DNA of 64,000 nt from an uncultured virus (IMG/VR IMGVR_UViG_3300038318_000112) (IMGVR_UViG_3300038318_000112:1-64000); one strand, 5' to 3'. Shown: positions 39,597 through 48,601, counted from the first letter of the stretch. Program-made: numbers and translations. The notes: generated from the letters alone by a model not told the origin.

Positions 39597-40251
39597 TTGT
39601 CTTTCCTCTCTTGTCCTCTTCCTTAAACTCGATCAATTCACTATAACCAAATATTCTGCTCACCAACCTTGATCCCAGAATAGATTCACATTCACTTTGA
39701 TTTCGGTTACCAGTATAAATATTTGATAACCCTGAATTAAGACGACCATCAATATATTGAAAAATTATCTGATATTCAAATGAAGTAAAATCAGCACATG
39801 AGATATCATCCCAGATTACTAGATCAACTTCCGGAATCAAACTGCACTGTCTTTCATAATCTAATACTTGCTGTGAGATTGATCTTTTGCAGTCATATAG
39901 AAATCTTGGAACTGATATAAATAATGCCTTGCAATCAAATCCTGATTTATGCCAAATCTGATCAAAATAATTATACATCAATTTTATTGCCCATGATGTT
40001 TTTCCATTCCCGCAAATCTCGGAATACAGATAAATATTATTTCCATTCTCAACAAAACCAAGCATATCTATTTCAGATAATCTTGTAAAGACATCTAAAT
40101 CAGTACTCCCACATTTAAGACTTTTAGATTTCCACTGACTCTGTGGTAACCCAGATAACTCAAATAATGATCGCATGGAACTATACCGTACACATGACCC
40201 AATACAATCTTTATTACATTTATCCTTATACCAACAATCTTCCCTACTCAT
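39589..40251 (-). CDS. DnaC/IstB-like helicase loader ATPase
   Basis: GNGKTSW, LVIWDD, IDGR, SRL.SR. Confidence 0.85.
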   Translation of the reverse strand: MSREDCWYKDKCNKDCIGSCVRYSSMRSLFELSGLPQSQWKSKSLKCGSTDLDVFTRLSEIDMLGFVENGNNIYLYSEICGNGKTSWAIKLMYNYFDQIWHKSGFDCKALFISVPRFLYDCKRSISQQVLDYERQCSLIPEVDLVIWDDISCADFTSFEYQIIFQYIDGRLNSGLSNIYTGNRNQSECESILGSRLVSRIFGYSELIEFKEEDKRGKTNG

Positions 40252-40693
40252 TTGTTTCAGCTCCTCCGCAAGCCGCATATCCACAAATATCCACCCAATT
40301 ATCACCTCCACCATGCCCAGTATTGATTCTTGCTATTTTAAGTAAAATCATCATTATTGAGACATCTTCGGGGGTTATAAGGGACTGAGGTCTAAACTTC
40401 AGATACGCCGTCCATAACTCTGCTATATCTTTGAAATTATCTTCTGACTTCCCACCTGATCTTTTCTCAGTTACAATTTCTTTAGCATCCTCTAAAATAT
40501 CCGATCTTGATATTTTTGCCTTTTTCACTTCACAATTTTTAACCGGAATATCTAAATCCCAATTATTTGGAAGTGCCTCAAGTACACAACCAACTTGATC
40601 AAAGTCGTAGAAAGGACATTCGATACATTCAGCATCTTCGCAAAATCTTGATATATATTTTAACTGACGCATTAAATCTTTTGAGACTTCCAT
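40244..40693 (-). CDS. DUF6378-like protein with N-terminal Cys cluster
   Basis: NF..IA.LW..YL, M.LLK.AR, D.WVD..GYAA. Confidence 0.75.
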   Translation of the reverse strand: MEVSKDLMRQLKYISRFCEDAECIECPFYDFDQVGCVLEALPNNWDLDIPVKNCEVKKAKISRSDILEDAKEIVTEKRSGGKSEDNFKDIAELWTAYLKFRPQSLITPEDVSIMMILLKIARINTGHGGGDNWVDICGYAACGGAETNE

Positions 40694-40881
40694 TATTCAA
40701 CCTTTCCCCAATCTATTTTCTGCCCACATTCTGAGCAATATTTATATGATGTATAAATCTCATTCCCACAATTAGAACATATACCAGCACTTTTTCCTTC
40801 TTTGGAGTATGCCATAAATGGTTTCTTTGGTACATCTTTTTTAAGTGTACTCATAACTTCAATTATTTCTTTGTTAGTCAT
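40693..40881 (-). CDS. Zinc-ribbon small protein
   Basis: CSNCG...YCSECGQKIDW. Confidence 0.7.
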   Translation of the reverse strand: MTNKEIIEVMSTLKKDVPKKPFMAYSKEGKSAGICSNCGNEIYTSYKYCSECGQKIDWGKVE

Positions 40882-40893
40882 CTTGTTCCTCCT

Positions 40894-41079
40894 CTAGTCT
40901 AAATAATTTCTTGTGCTTGATACACCTTTAACCTGAATACCTTTTACATTATCACTTATCTCAATAGTGACTTTTAACCCTTCATTCCTATCCATCTCTC
41001 GAATCATATCTAAAGCAGTATGCAGTTCAAAGTTGATATATGGAATTACTTCTTTTCTTAGTCTATCTAAATCAATCAT
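40894..41079 (-). CDS. Hypothetical protein
   Basis: ORF in tightly packed operon. Confidence 0.5.
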   Translation of the reverse strand: MIDLDRLRKEVIPYINFELHTALDMIREMDRNEGLKVTIEISDNVKGIQVKGVSSTRNYLD

Positions 41080-41389
41080 TGTCCCAGCCTTTCTTGCATT
41101 TCTTTAATGCCCTTATTGAGGCATTTAACCCGTTTCTTTCATTCTCGAGTCTCTTGATTGTTTCATGCAATTCATCTTCATCCTTTGCCGCCCAATACCC
41201 TGACTGGGTATTACTGCATATCGGAAACCCGAGCTGACGGGCATTAAATATGATCCTTCTAATATCCCGATTGCTCCAACCAAATATCTGAGTAAGTTCT
41301 TTAGTATGCTTTGCATTTGACTCCCCATAATAAATATGATCAATTAAGATCAATGCTTTTTCTCTTTCCTGCTCTGTGATTTTTTTCAT
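41072..41389 (-). CDS. Winged-HTH protein
   Basis: R..R..I..AR..G.PI.S....GYW. Confidence 0.65.
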   Translation of the reverse strand: MKKITEQEREKALILIDHIYYGESNAKHTKELTQIFGWSNRDIRRIIFNARQLGFPICSNTQSGYWAAKDEDELHETIKRLENERNGLNASIRALKKCKKGWDND

Positions 41390-41403
41390 TTTGTTACTCC
41401 TCG

Positions 41404-42237
41404 CTAAAATTCAAAACTTTGCTTACATTGTGGTTTAGGCTTAGATTTTCGTACCTGAGTTTTATATTCGGGGATCTTGCCAAATGTCTTTTGCCCTTCA
41501 TGTTTGGGAAAAATACCTTTATATCCACTCCGGATAGAATTATTTATTGCATCTAAAATCTCTGTCTCTGAATAATGACTTAACTCATCCAGCATCATAG
41601 TCAACTGGTTATCGGCGGGATAAGATTTTTTTTCTATCTGATCTTCATAAAAATCTAAAATCTTATCTTTTACATTTTCTGTAAAATCGTACTCTTCAAA
41701 CTTTGCTATAATCTTTTCTATAGATTTATCCTTTTTACTCTTTTTAGGTTTTACTATAGAAGAAGATGATTTAGGTTCAGGATTGGGTTTTTGCGTAAAA
41801 TTATTATTTATATTATTATTTATATTATTTTTATTATTTATATTATTATTTGATGTTAGTTTTTTACAGGATAGTTTGTTAGTTTCTTTATTGCTAGTTT
41901 GTGAATTATTAACAAACTTGTCTGTAATAGCGTCAGGGAATAGTTTGATAAATCTTTTAGCTGGTATACCTTGGACACTTACTTCGATCAATCCTGCTTC
42001 CTGTAGATTATCTAGTGCGTTCTTTTGCTGATACCTAGATAATGTTGTTTTATCTTCAAGGTTTTCTATAGTTGAATAAAATGATCCATCACTTGTTAAT
42101 TTTCCTTCTTGTTCATAATAATTGTACTCACTTGCTAATTCACCTAAAATCACTGCTTCATGTAATCCAAGTTCCTTCATTAGCAGCTTGTTTACCGCAA
42201 TAAAACTACTGGATGAAATAAGTTGTAATATTCCCAT
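41404..42237 (-). CDS. Phage replication initiator
   Basis: N-terminal wHTH (LGLHEA..L, F..T...L...T.LS...Q...L..L...GLI), Asn-rich linker, C-terminal SI..GYKG.F; upstream of loader and helicase. Confidence 0.8.
   Translation of the reverse strand: MGILQLISSSSFIAVNKLLMKELGLHEAVILGELASEYNYYEQEGKLTSDGSFYSTIENLEDKTTLSRYQQKNALDNLQEAGLIEVSVQGIPAKRFIKLFPDAITDKFVNNSQTSNKETNKLSCKKLTSNNNINNKNNINNNINNNFTQKPNPEPKSSSSIVKPKKSKKDKSIEKIIAKFEEYDFTENVKDKILDFYEDQIEKKSYPADNQLTMMLDELSHYSETEILDAINNSIRSGYKGIFPKHEGQKTFGKIPEYKTQVRKSKPKPQCKQSFEF
41801..41850. repeat. AT-only direct repeats inside initiator gene (putative origin)
   Basis: TTATTATTTATA-like units encoding NNNINNKNNINNNINNN. Confidence 0.55.
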
Positions 42238-42428
42238 TTGTAAATATCCTTTCTTTGTTCAAAATAAAAACTCAACTAATCAGATGTTATTAGGCCATCT
42301 TTTTAGTTGAGTTTTAGCACTCAATCGTTATTGGAACTCAATCAGTCCCTAATAACTCTGACCGAGTGTACGACATTTTTGTCGTTACAATTATTATACA
42401 TTATGTTGAACAAGAAAACAATACTTAT

Positions 42429-42926
42429 TTAAGAAATTACATCAGAAACCTGATCATCTACTTCTTTATTTAGATGATCCCAAAGTGCTTTTCTAACTTC
42501 ATTCATATCTGCTAAATCAGGATTAACTTCCCACTCCTCTTCTGCAGTGAATTTATAATAGGTATCATCATGGCAAATGGTTACTCCTGACATATATTTT
42601 AATGATTTTACTGTAACTCCGTTCATGTTAATCTGTTTCTCTTCGTTCTTATGTTCTGTTACTACATTGTTTTTGTTATTTTTTGAATCAATTTCGAGTT
42701 TTTCTGCGGTTGTAGTATCATTGTTCACCTCAGGATTTTTGCTTGTATTTGACTTAGATTTTGTTGTATTTTTAGTAACTGGTTTTTTCTCGATTTTTTC
42801 CTCTGTTGGTTCATATCCTGCACATGAATCACATAATATTTTTTTATCACCCACAACCATTTCTGTCCCATTACAGTCTTTGCAGAATTCATCTGTCTTA
42901 TCCCCTGCATATTTACATTTGATCAT
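42429..42926 (-). CDS. Hypothetical protein with N-terminal Cys cluster
   Basis: ORF track; ATGA overlap. Confidence 0.65.
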   Translation of the reverse strand: MIKCKYAGDKTDEFCKDCNGTEMVVGDKKILCDSCAGYEPTEEKIEKKPVTKNTTKSKSNTSKNPEVNNDTTTAEKLEIDSKNNKNNVVTEHKNEEKQINMNGVTVKSLKYMSGVTICHDDTYYKFTAEEEWEVNPDLADMNEVRKALWDHLNKEVDDQVSDVIS

Positions 42927-43210
42927 TTCTTTTTCCTCCTTGCTTTTTTTAATCGTTCTGCCGCATCTTTTTTCTGTTGATCGGTGAGAACTCTTGTACT
43001 TAGATTTATTTTAACTGCTTTCACTGGTATTCTTGCATAAATTGATCCATCATCATTAACTCCCTTAATATCAATTTTATCAGGATATTTTTTTTGAAGC
43101 TCTTTTATTCGATCAATATATTTCTTTTGAGAAAAAGTTACGAAGGCATACCGTTCCCCAGTTATCCACTGTACTAGATTTTCAGTTACTTCCATATCAT
43201 CACCGCTCAT
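42923..43210 (-). CDS. Hypothetical protein
   Basis: DGS....P and LT..Q....AERL motifs common in phage small proteins. Confidence 0.6.
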   Translation of the reverse strand: MSGDDMEVTENLVQWITGERYAFVTFSQKKYIDRIKELQKKYPDKIDIKGVNDDGSIYARIPVKAVKINLSTRVLTDQQKKDAAERLKKARRKKK

Positions 43211-43611
43211 TTCTTCTTACCTATCCTTAACGTGACAACTGGTTCTAATACAGTTCGGCATGATGCTAAATCTTCCACGCTGAACTTTTTATTATAAACC
43301 AGTTTTTCCAAAGCATCATCATCAATATACTCTTGAGTCTTTACCACCGATTCTAAATCTTCTTTTGATAATTTATTTTTTAAAATCTCAATTGCTTTGA
43401 GTTCATTAAAATCTTCCTTTGGTGTTTTAGTGATCGTAGCCACCCAATGCTCAGTTTCAAACTTATCTAAATCGGTATCTGACATTATGGTTTTTATACG
43501 ACCATTTAAAACTCCATTATCTTTTTTTAACTGGTTCTCGGTATCTTTATTATTTTTGTATACCTCTATAAGATTTTCCAGTTCAAGCGGTGCGAAACTT
43601 GATCTACTCAC
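43207..43611 (-). CDS. Hypothetical protein
   Basis: ORF track; operon packing. Confidence 0.6.
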   Translation of the reverse strand: MSRSSFAPLELENLIEVYKNNKDTENQLKKDNGVLNGRIKTIMSDTDLDKFETEHWVATITKTPKEDFNELKAIEILKNKLSKEDLESVVKTQEYIDDDALEKLVYNKKFSVEDLASCRTVLEPVVTLRIGKKK

Positions 43612-43933
43612 CTTTGTCCTCCTTCTGTTTTTCTCGCATTAACTTTTCTGTACCATACTGACCCCACTGCCAGCAGGCATTGAAATCTGACATAATACCC
43701 CTATATTTACCCTGCATATCATCTCTAAATTGCATAAGTATTGCTAAATCAGATTTTAGGAAAAACTTTGTTTTCCGCTTATCCAAGAAATAATATTTAG
43801 GTAATTTAAGCTCGATCGGTTTTTCATAGTCATCATTCTCGTACCACTTGTACCATCTTTTAATGGTATTGGTGGATAAATCAAGAATCTGAGCCACCTG
43901 ACCAATGCTAAAATAATTATCTCTGTTTTCCAT
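43604..43933 (-). CDS. MerR-type HTH DNA-binding protein
   Basis: SIGQVAQILDLS..TIKRW. Confidence 0.75.
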   Translation of the reverse strand: MENRDNYFSIGQVAQILDLSTNTIKRWYKWYENDDYEKPIELKLPKYYFLDKRKTKFFLKSDLAILMQFRDDMQGKYRGIMSDFNACWQWGQYGTEKLMREKQKEDKGE

Positions 43934-43964
43934 TATATATCACCTCCTCCCTTATAACATATTT

Positions 43965-43993
43965 ATTGTATAACATAATGTAGAAAATTGCAA
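43965..43993 (-). promoter_or_regulatory. Promoter variant
   Basis: TTGCAA-17 nt-TACAAT; GGAGG RBS downstream. Confidence 0.6.
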
Positions 43994-43999
43994 TACATT

Positions 44000-46756
44000 T
44001 TATGAAAGTAAATAATCCAAATCTGAACTTGATATTTTTCCATCCACTATAGCATCTGAGATTTCACCTTTCTTTGCTATCAGTGATTCAATACGTTCAT
44101 CAATAGTATCCTTACAACAAATTGTGATCACATTTACAGTTCCTTTTGTTCCTATTCTATGTGCTCTATCCTCCGCTTGATCTTTTAGAGCTCTGTTCCA
44201 GGGACTATCTAAAAATATAACAGTTTGTGCCGCAGTAAGTGTTAGCCCGGTTCCCATTGCTCCAATGGTTCCAACTATTACTTTACATTTAGGATCATTC
44301 TGGAATCTTTCAATTTCATCCAATCTTTCTGTTGAATCTGTTTCTCCGGTTATGCAAGCAGGATGATATTTTTTTAATCTTTTAATAACTTCATCGGTAA
44401 TGCTTGTCCAGTTGCTAAATATAATACATTTTTTATTTGATTCATTGAGTTCTTCTACTATACTTTCCATACGATCAAGTTTTGCGGATTCAGTCACACT
44501 ATCCGAGAGTATACCCGGGTATCCTGTTGCCTGTCTTAATCTGATCAACATGGAAAGTGGGTTATTACTAAACTTCACTTTGTTGATCTCATCCATAATT
44601 CCATCAAGAGCTTCTTCATAAATCTTTGACTGTTTCGGAGTCATATCAACAAATTCTGTTGTATGAATTTTTTCTGGAAGATCTAATACTTCATTTTTTA
44701 ATCTCCTAATCATAACCTGATCAAGACTTGCTCTGAGTTCATCAAGATTTTTATAACCAACTACTTCATGGTTATTAAATCCACCCATTCTGCAATAATG
44801 ATTTTTAAACATATAAAATGAATGATTTTCATATCCAAGCCAGTGCAATGGAAAATATAAATCAAGTGGATTATTCATTAATGGTGTTCCTGACATTGCT
44901 ACCATGTAAGGAGCTTTTAAAATTGACATTGCTCTGCTCTGAAGTGATTTCGGGTCTTTGCTTTTATGGCATTCATCGAATGCTATCATTGATATAGTTC
45001 CATTATCACATAGTGATTTTATTTTTTCCGCAACCGGAAATGTATATTTAGTTTTGCTTATCTTCTTTGCTCCGGCTCTGAGTGTTTCTATATTTGTGAT
45101 TAAGTAACGGCAATCAGGAAGATTATTTAAGTCATCAACTTTATCAGTTGTACCTCCATCATAACGCTTTCCATTCTTTCTTGTCCTGCTTCCGAGCACC
45201 CATCCGAATTCATCTGAATGAGTTTTGATTTCTGCCGACCAGTTATATTTCAAAGAATTAACTCCACAGATAATAAGAACCTTATTGATATTATTTTCTT
45301 TTTCTAAACATCCAACTAAATCAATAATCTGCTTCGTGTTGTGTGTAACGATAAAATGCTCCACAAGATATAAATGGTCTGGACTATCTACAGTTATACA
45401 TTTAGCATCTGCATTTTGTATTTTCTCAACTTTGACTATATTTCTTCTTGCCTTAAATTTTCTCGAGTGTAATAAATTTTTCTTTCTTGATAATCTACAT
45501 AAAATCTGAGGATTATCATGCTTTATAGTTAGCGTATATGCGATTCCTGTTATTTTATCCTTATATCCACATTCATTTTCTGTATAACTGACAATTCCTC
45601 CAAGGCTTTCAACTAAAAATCTAACATCCTCGCATAATTGTTTAGACACTGTTGTGTACTGAACAAGATTGTCCTTAGTAGCATATCCGTCCGTATCTAT
45701 AAGCCCTTGTAGTATCAATAATCTATATTCCTCACAGTTATATTTATAACAGTCTGGAATAAATTTTGTATGTGAATTAGCTCCATATAGACCAAGATTT
45801 TTTATTTCTGTTTTAACAATATTTTCTTTTGAGCTTTTTAGGTCTTTTTTTACTATATTATAGTCAATATCAGACATACTTTTGCTTGAATTTAAAAAAT
45901 ACTCTTTTGGTAACCTGCAATTTATTTCTGTTATAATTTCTTTGTCCTTTGATGTAAACGAAATACATCCCGAAGATATACTTCCATCACCAAGCAAACA
46001 TCCTAATACATAAGGGTCTATAGGAACATCCCTTTTATTAAACCTTACCGGACTACATCTATCAATCCAAAATTTATAACTACCTGCTGAAAAGAGATTT
46101 TCATTTCGATAGTTTCCAAATTGGTCTTTTGATACTAACCAAGATGTGTCTACTACTTTTTTACGACCATGCTGTGAATTTATCTCCCATAAGTGGTCTT
46201 TACAGCAATCTATATAGCATCCGTCAGAGAATGTTATTCTATACATTTCTACATTTTTATGATTGTATACAGCGGTTACCTTAGTAGGCAAGCCAGATTT
46301 GGAAAATACATAGTCACCAACTCGTATATCTCTCATATATTTGAATCCGTTTGGAGTATAAATCTTTGTATTTAATGCTAATGCTTTCCCGAGTCCTTGA
46401 TCATCACAAAGTAAAAACTTTTTCATCTGTAAACCAAATCTCACCCCGTCAATCTGATGCCTATAAGGTTTTGTTTTGAACTCGAATCCTTCTGGAATCT
46501 CGGCAAGTTCCTGTTTAGTGATATCTTTATAAACACCTGATACTGCAATTTCTTTATCTTCGAAATGGTTACAAAATCCAATAATATTTTCAACGGGTGT
46601 TTCCCAAATCTTTGTAGCAGGATCATAAATTCTTATCCCCAGATTCTTGATATATGATACTACTTCTGGATCGTAAGGGAACGAGATAAATGCACTCGCC
46701 TTAACAAGTACGTTATCTTTTAATTTATTTGGATTGTCTATATTTATCCTGATCAT
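44000..46756 (-). CDS. SNF2-family helicase with intein
   Basis: DDQGLGK|T, DECH, SGTP, GLTLT, QAEDRAHRIG; 569 aa after splicing. Confidence 0.93.
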   Translation of the reverse strand: MIRINIDNPNKLKDNVLVKASAFISFPYDPEVVSYIKNLGIRIYDPATKIWETPVENIIGFCNHFEDKEIAVSGVYKDITKQELAEIPEGFEFKTKPYRHQIDGVRFGLQMKKFLLCDDQGLGKALALNTKIYTPNGFKYMRDIRVGDYVFSKSGLPTKVTAVYNHKNVEMYRITFSDGCYIDCCKDHLWEINSQHGRKKVVDTSWLVSKDQFGNYRNENLFSAGSYKFWIDRCSPVRFNKRDVPIDPYVLGCLLGDGSISSGCISFTSKDKEIITEINCRLPKEYFLNSSKSMSDIDYNIVKKDLKSSKENIVKTEIKNLGLYGANSHTKFIPDCYKYNCEEYRLLILQGLIDTDGYATKDNLVQYTTVSKQLCEDVRFLVESLGGIVSYTENECGYKDKITGIAYTLTIKHDNPQILCRLSRKKNLLHSRKFKARRNIVKVEKIQNADAKCITVDSPDHLYLVEHFIVTHNTKQIIDLVGCLEKENNINKVLIICGVNSLKYNWSAEIKTHSDEFGWVLGSRTRKNGKRYDGGTTDKVDDLNNLPDCRYLITNIETLRAGAKKISKTKYTFPVAEKIKSLCDNGTISMIAFDECHKSKDPKSLQSRAMSILKAPYMVAMSGTPLMNNPLDLYFPLHWLGYENHSFYMFKNHYCRMGGFNNHEVVGYKNLDELRASLDQVMIRRLKNEVLDLPEKIHTTEFVDMTPKQSKIYEEALDGIMDEINKVKFSNNPLSMLIRLRQATGYPGILSDSVTESAKLDRMESIVEELNESNKKCIIFSNWTSITDEVIKRLKKYHPACITGETDSTERLDEIERFQNDPKCKVIVGTIGAMGTGLTLTAAQTVIFLDSPWNRALKDQAEDRAHRIGTKGTVNVITICCKDTIDERIESLIAKKGEISDAIVDGKISSSDLDYLLS
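45338..46384 (-). mobile_element. Class 3 intein (349 aa) with LAGLIDADG endonuclease
   Basis: Ala1 (ALALNT); HLW, AKCITV, THN = WCT triplet; LGCLLGDG and LQGLIDTDG. Confidence 0.9.
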
Positions 46757-46846
46757 TTTGTTTCTCCTTTGTTGTTCTCCCAGTTTGTAAAAGTATTAGG
46801 TTCGCATACACACGTTGCCTTATACCTTTAACCTTTTTATAATTAT

Positions 46847-46874
46847 ATTGTAACACATAATATATAAATGTCAA
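46847..46874 (-). promoter_or_regulatory. Repeated strong promoter, copy 4
   Basis: TTGACA-16 nt-TACAAT; same core as copies 1 and 2. Confidence 0.8.
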
Positions 46875-46994
46875 TAGTTTTTGACAAAATAAAGAAAAGA
46901 TTTTTTTTATCTTCTCTTTATCGTCCTTATCATCCTTTTTATAATTTTATATTAATTTAATTCGGACAAAGAAAACATATAAATTAAATGTAAT

Positions 46995-47031
46995 AAAAAT
47001 AGTGACTCAAGTTTTTATACCTGAATCACTA
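46995..47031 (-). terminator. Intrinsic terminator downstream of holin
   Basis: TAGTGA.TCA/TGA.TCACTA stem followed by T run on minus strand. Confidence 0.5.
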
Positions 47032-47179
47032 CATAATTAATGTATTAATTTAAACCTCTAACAAGAGTTTATGCAAGTTTAGTATCACAATACTTTAATG
47101 ATTTTTCGATTCACTTTCTGACTGATTTTTCTAATATTATCAATTGACATATATAGGTCCAGATGTTTTTCCCATCTGT

Positions 47180-47419
47180 TTATTCTTTGCCGTCGTCTTT
47201 CGACATATCCGTGATACCCGGAGTGTTAGGGTCTACTACTATCCCGAGGATAGCGAGTACGACGAACAGCGCATTGAGTATTGCTATCAGGTTCTTACTG
47301 ATAACGGTATAGTCCCATGTGATGCCGAACGCACTGAGTACTGCCTGCACAAGCAGGAGTATTGCCGGGATGATCGCGAGCCAAAAGGCTTTGTTTTTTA
47401 TCTTCGATTTCCAATCCAT
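47180..47419 (-). CDS. Holin (phiLC3-like)
   Basis: W..KIKNK.FW, two TM segments, GIVVDP.T.G..D. Confidence 0.88.
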   Translation of the reverse strand: MDWKSKIKNKAFWLAIIPAILLLVQAVLSAFGITWDYTVISKNLIAILNALFVVLAILGIVVDPNTPGITDMSKDDGKE

Positions 47420-47431
47420 AATAATGATCTC

Positions 47432-47836
47432 CTATTCTACTGGTTTTGATTTTAGTTGCTGATACATGAGCTCACCTTCGTGATTTCCGCCGTGTACATC
47501 ATGATACCGATGCCACAGCACATCGAGGTTTGCCCGGTCCTTGACTGATAGTGAGGGCTGCTCAGATAAGTTGTCGAACATATCATAGATGCTGTCATGC
47601 AGGATCGCGAGATTGTCGTCTTTGATCTCAGATACATCTTTGGTCAGAGCCTCGATCTGTGTAGTGAGTGCTTTCACATTTTCGCTCAGTTCCTTGATGT
47701 CCTTCTGCATACAGCTTGTCTTGCCCTTCTTCCTGTCGTGTATTCCGATCAGCCATTCAATCACTTTAATTATTGCTCCTGTGACAGCACTCGAGCTGAG
47801 TACTGCTATTATCATCTGCTGCATAGGGCTTAGCAT
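47432..47836 (-). CDS. Holin-adjacent membrane-anchored protein, copy 1
   Basis: N-terminal TM, coiled coil, LHD.IY...RAN.D.L..RY...GGNH; paralog of 49933-50349. Confidence 0.75.
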   Translation of the reverse strand: MLSPMQQMIIAVLSSSAVTGAIIKVIEWLIGIHDRKKGKTSCMQKDIKELSENVKALTTQIEALTKDVSEIKDDNLAILHDSIYDMFDNLSEQPSLSVKDRANLDVLWHRYHDVHGGNHEGELMYQQLKSKPVE

Positions 47837-47863
47837 ACTATCGCCCCTTACGCCACAAGTTTT

Positions 47864-48088
47864 TTGATTTTCGCACGCGTCTTTGCCGGGCTAAAAAGGA
47901 TAACGCTGCATCAACTCCGCCACACGAACGTCAGCATCATGATTAGCATGGGTCTTGATATAAAAACGATCCAGTCTCGCGGCGGATATTCGAACGCCAC
48001 TACACCGCTGAACATCTATGGACATCTATTCAACCGTGATGATAAATCAGTCGCAGACGGCATCGCTGATATCGCACAGAAAAAGTAA
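47864..48088 (+). pseudogene. Tyrosine integrase C-terminal remnant
   Basis: HQLRHT box and IYGH catalytic Tyr only; no N-terminal ~300 aa upstream. Confidence 0.85.
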
Positions 48089-48100
48089 ACTGAGCGTCTA

Positions 48101-48363
48101 TTTGTAGTCATTTTGTAGTCAAGGGCCATTTTGAGCGAAAATAAAAGCCACAGAACCTAGTAAAATCAACGGATCTGCGGTTTTTATTCTGGTGGAGAAC
48201 AGGGGGATCGAACCCATTTTACTATGTATTCATGGATGGTCACAAGCAGTCACCAAAGACGGTAACCGTACTGGTTGCAACAATGTTGACGCTTTCGAGT
48301 AGTCAGCAGTAGCCACAAGTAGTCAGCGCCGTCGGTAAAAATGTAGTCAGAATTGTAGTCAGA
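48101..48363. other. attP site (core plus flanking arm-type repeats)
   Basis: TGTAGTCA pairs at 48101-48121 and 48341-48363 on both sides of a tRNA 3'-end core, just after the integrase stop. Confidence 0.75.
48190..48215 (-). other. att core: 3' fragment of tRNA-Ala-like gene
   Basis: GGGTTCGATCCCCCTGTTCTCCACCA: T-loop, U70, A73 and CCA; no D or anticodon arm upstream. Confidence 0.8.
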
Positions 48364-48547
48364 ATCATTATTGAATATGATATAATGTCAGCGTATATAA
48401 AAAGCATAGCTTTTAACCGAGTAAGCCTCAGGGCCGTCTCGGTTTTTTTCAATAAAAAAAGCCGGAGAACCGTAAGTAGTCCGGCAGGCTCCTTCGGATA
48501 TTCCAATGAGCTGGTTATATTATAACACAAATGTACTTTAAAAAAAA

Positions 48548-48601
48548 TATCACTAAATTAGTGATAAAAGTGTTGACAAGTCACTAATTTGGTGATATTA
48601 T
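48548..48601 (+). promoter_or_regulatory. sigmaA promoter with two palindromic operators
   Basis: TTGACA(48573)-17 nt-TATTAT(48596); TATCACTA-AAT-TAGTGATA at 48548 and TCACTA-ATT-TGGTGA in the spacer. Confidence 0.8.

Larger units (their letters stand above)
1..47150 (-). mobile_element. Phage A: AT-rich siphovirus (probably extends through 47150-51050 and circularises at 1/51413)
   Basis: Colinear terminase-portal-capsid-neck-tube-TMP-Dit-Tal-RBP module plus large replication module, all minus strand; no sheath gene. Confidence 0.93.

Noticed and set aside
20032..46890. CRISPR array associated with the Cas4-like gene
   Set aside because: The repeats are kilobases apart and are promoters; no regularly spaced repeat-spacer array was seen.
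48190..48270. Complete tRNA gene
   Set aside because: Only the T-loop to CCA is present. The 5' T-stem has a mismatch and no D or anticodon arm can be folded upstream.
48303..48530. 75-aa minus-strand ORF across attP
   Set aside because: Overlaps arm repeats, terminators and promoter boxes; no RBS.
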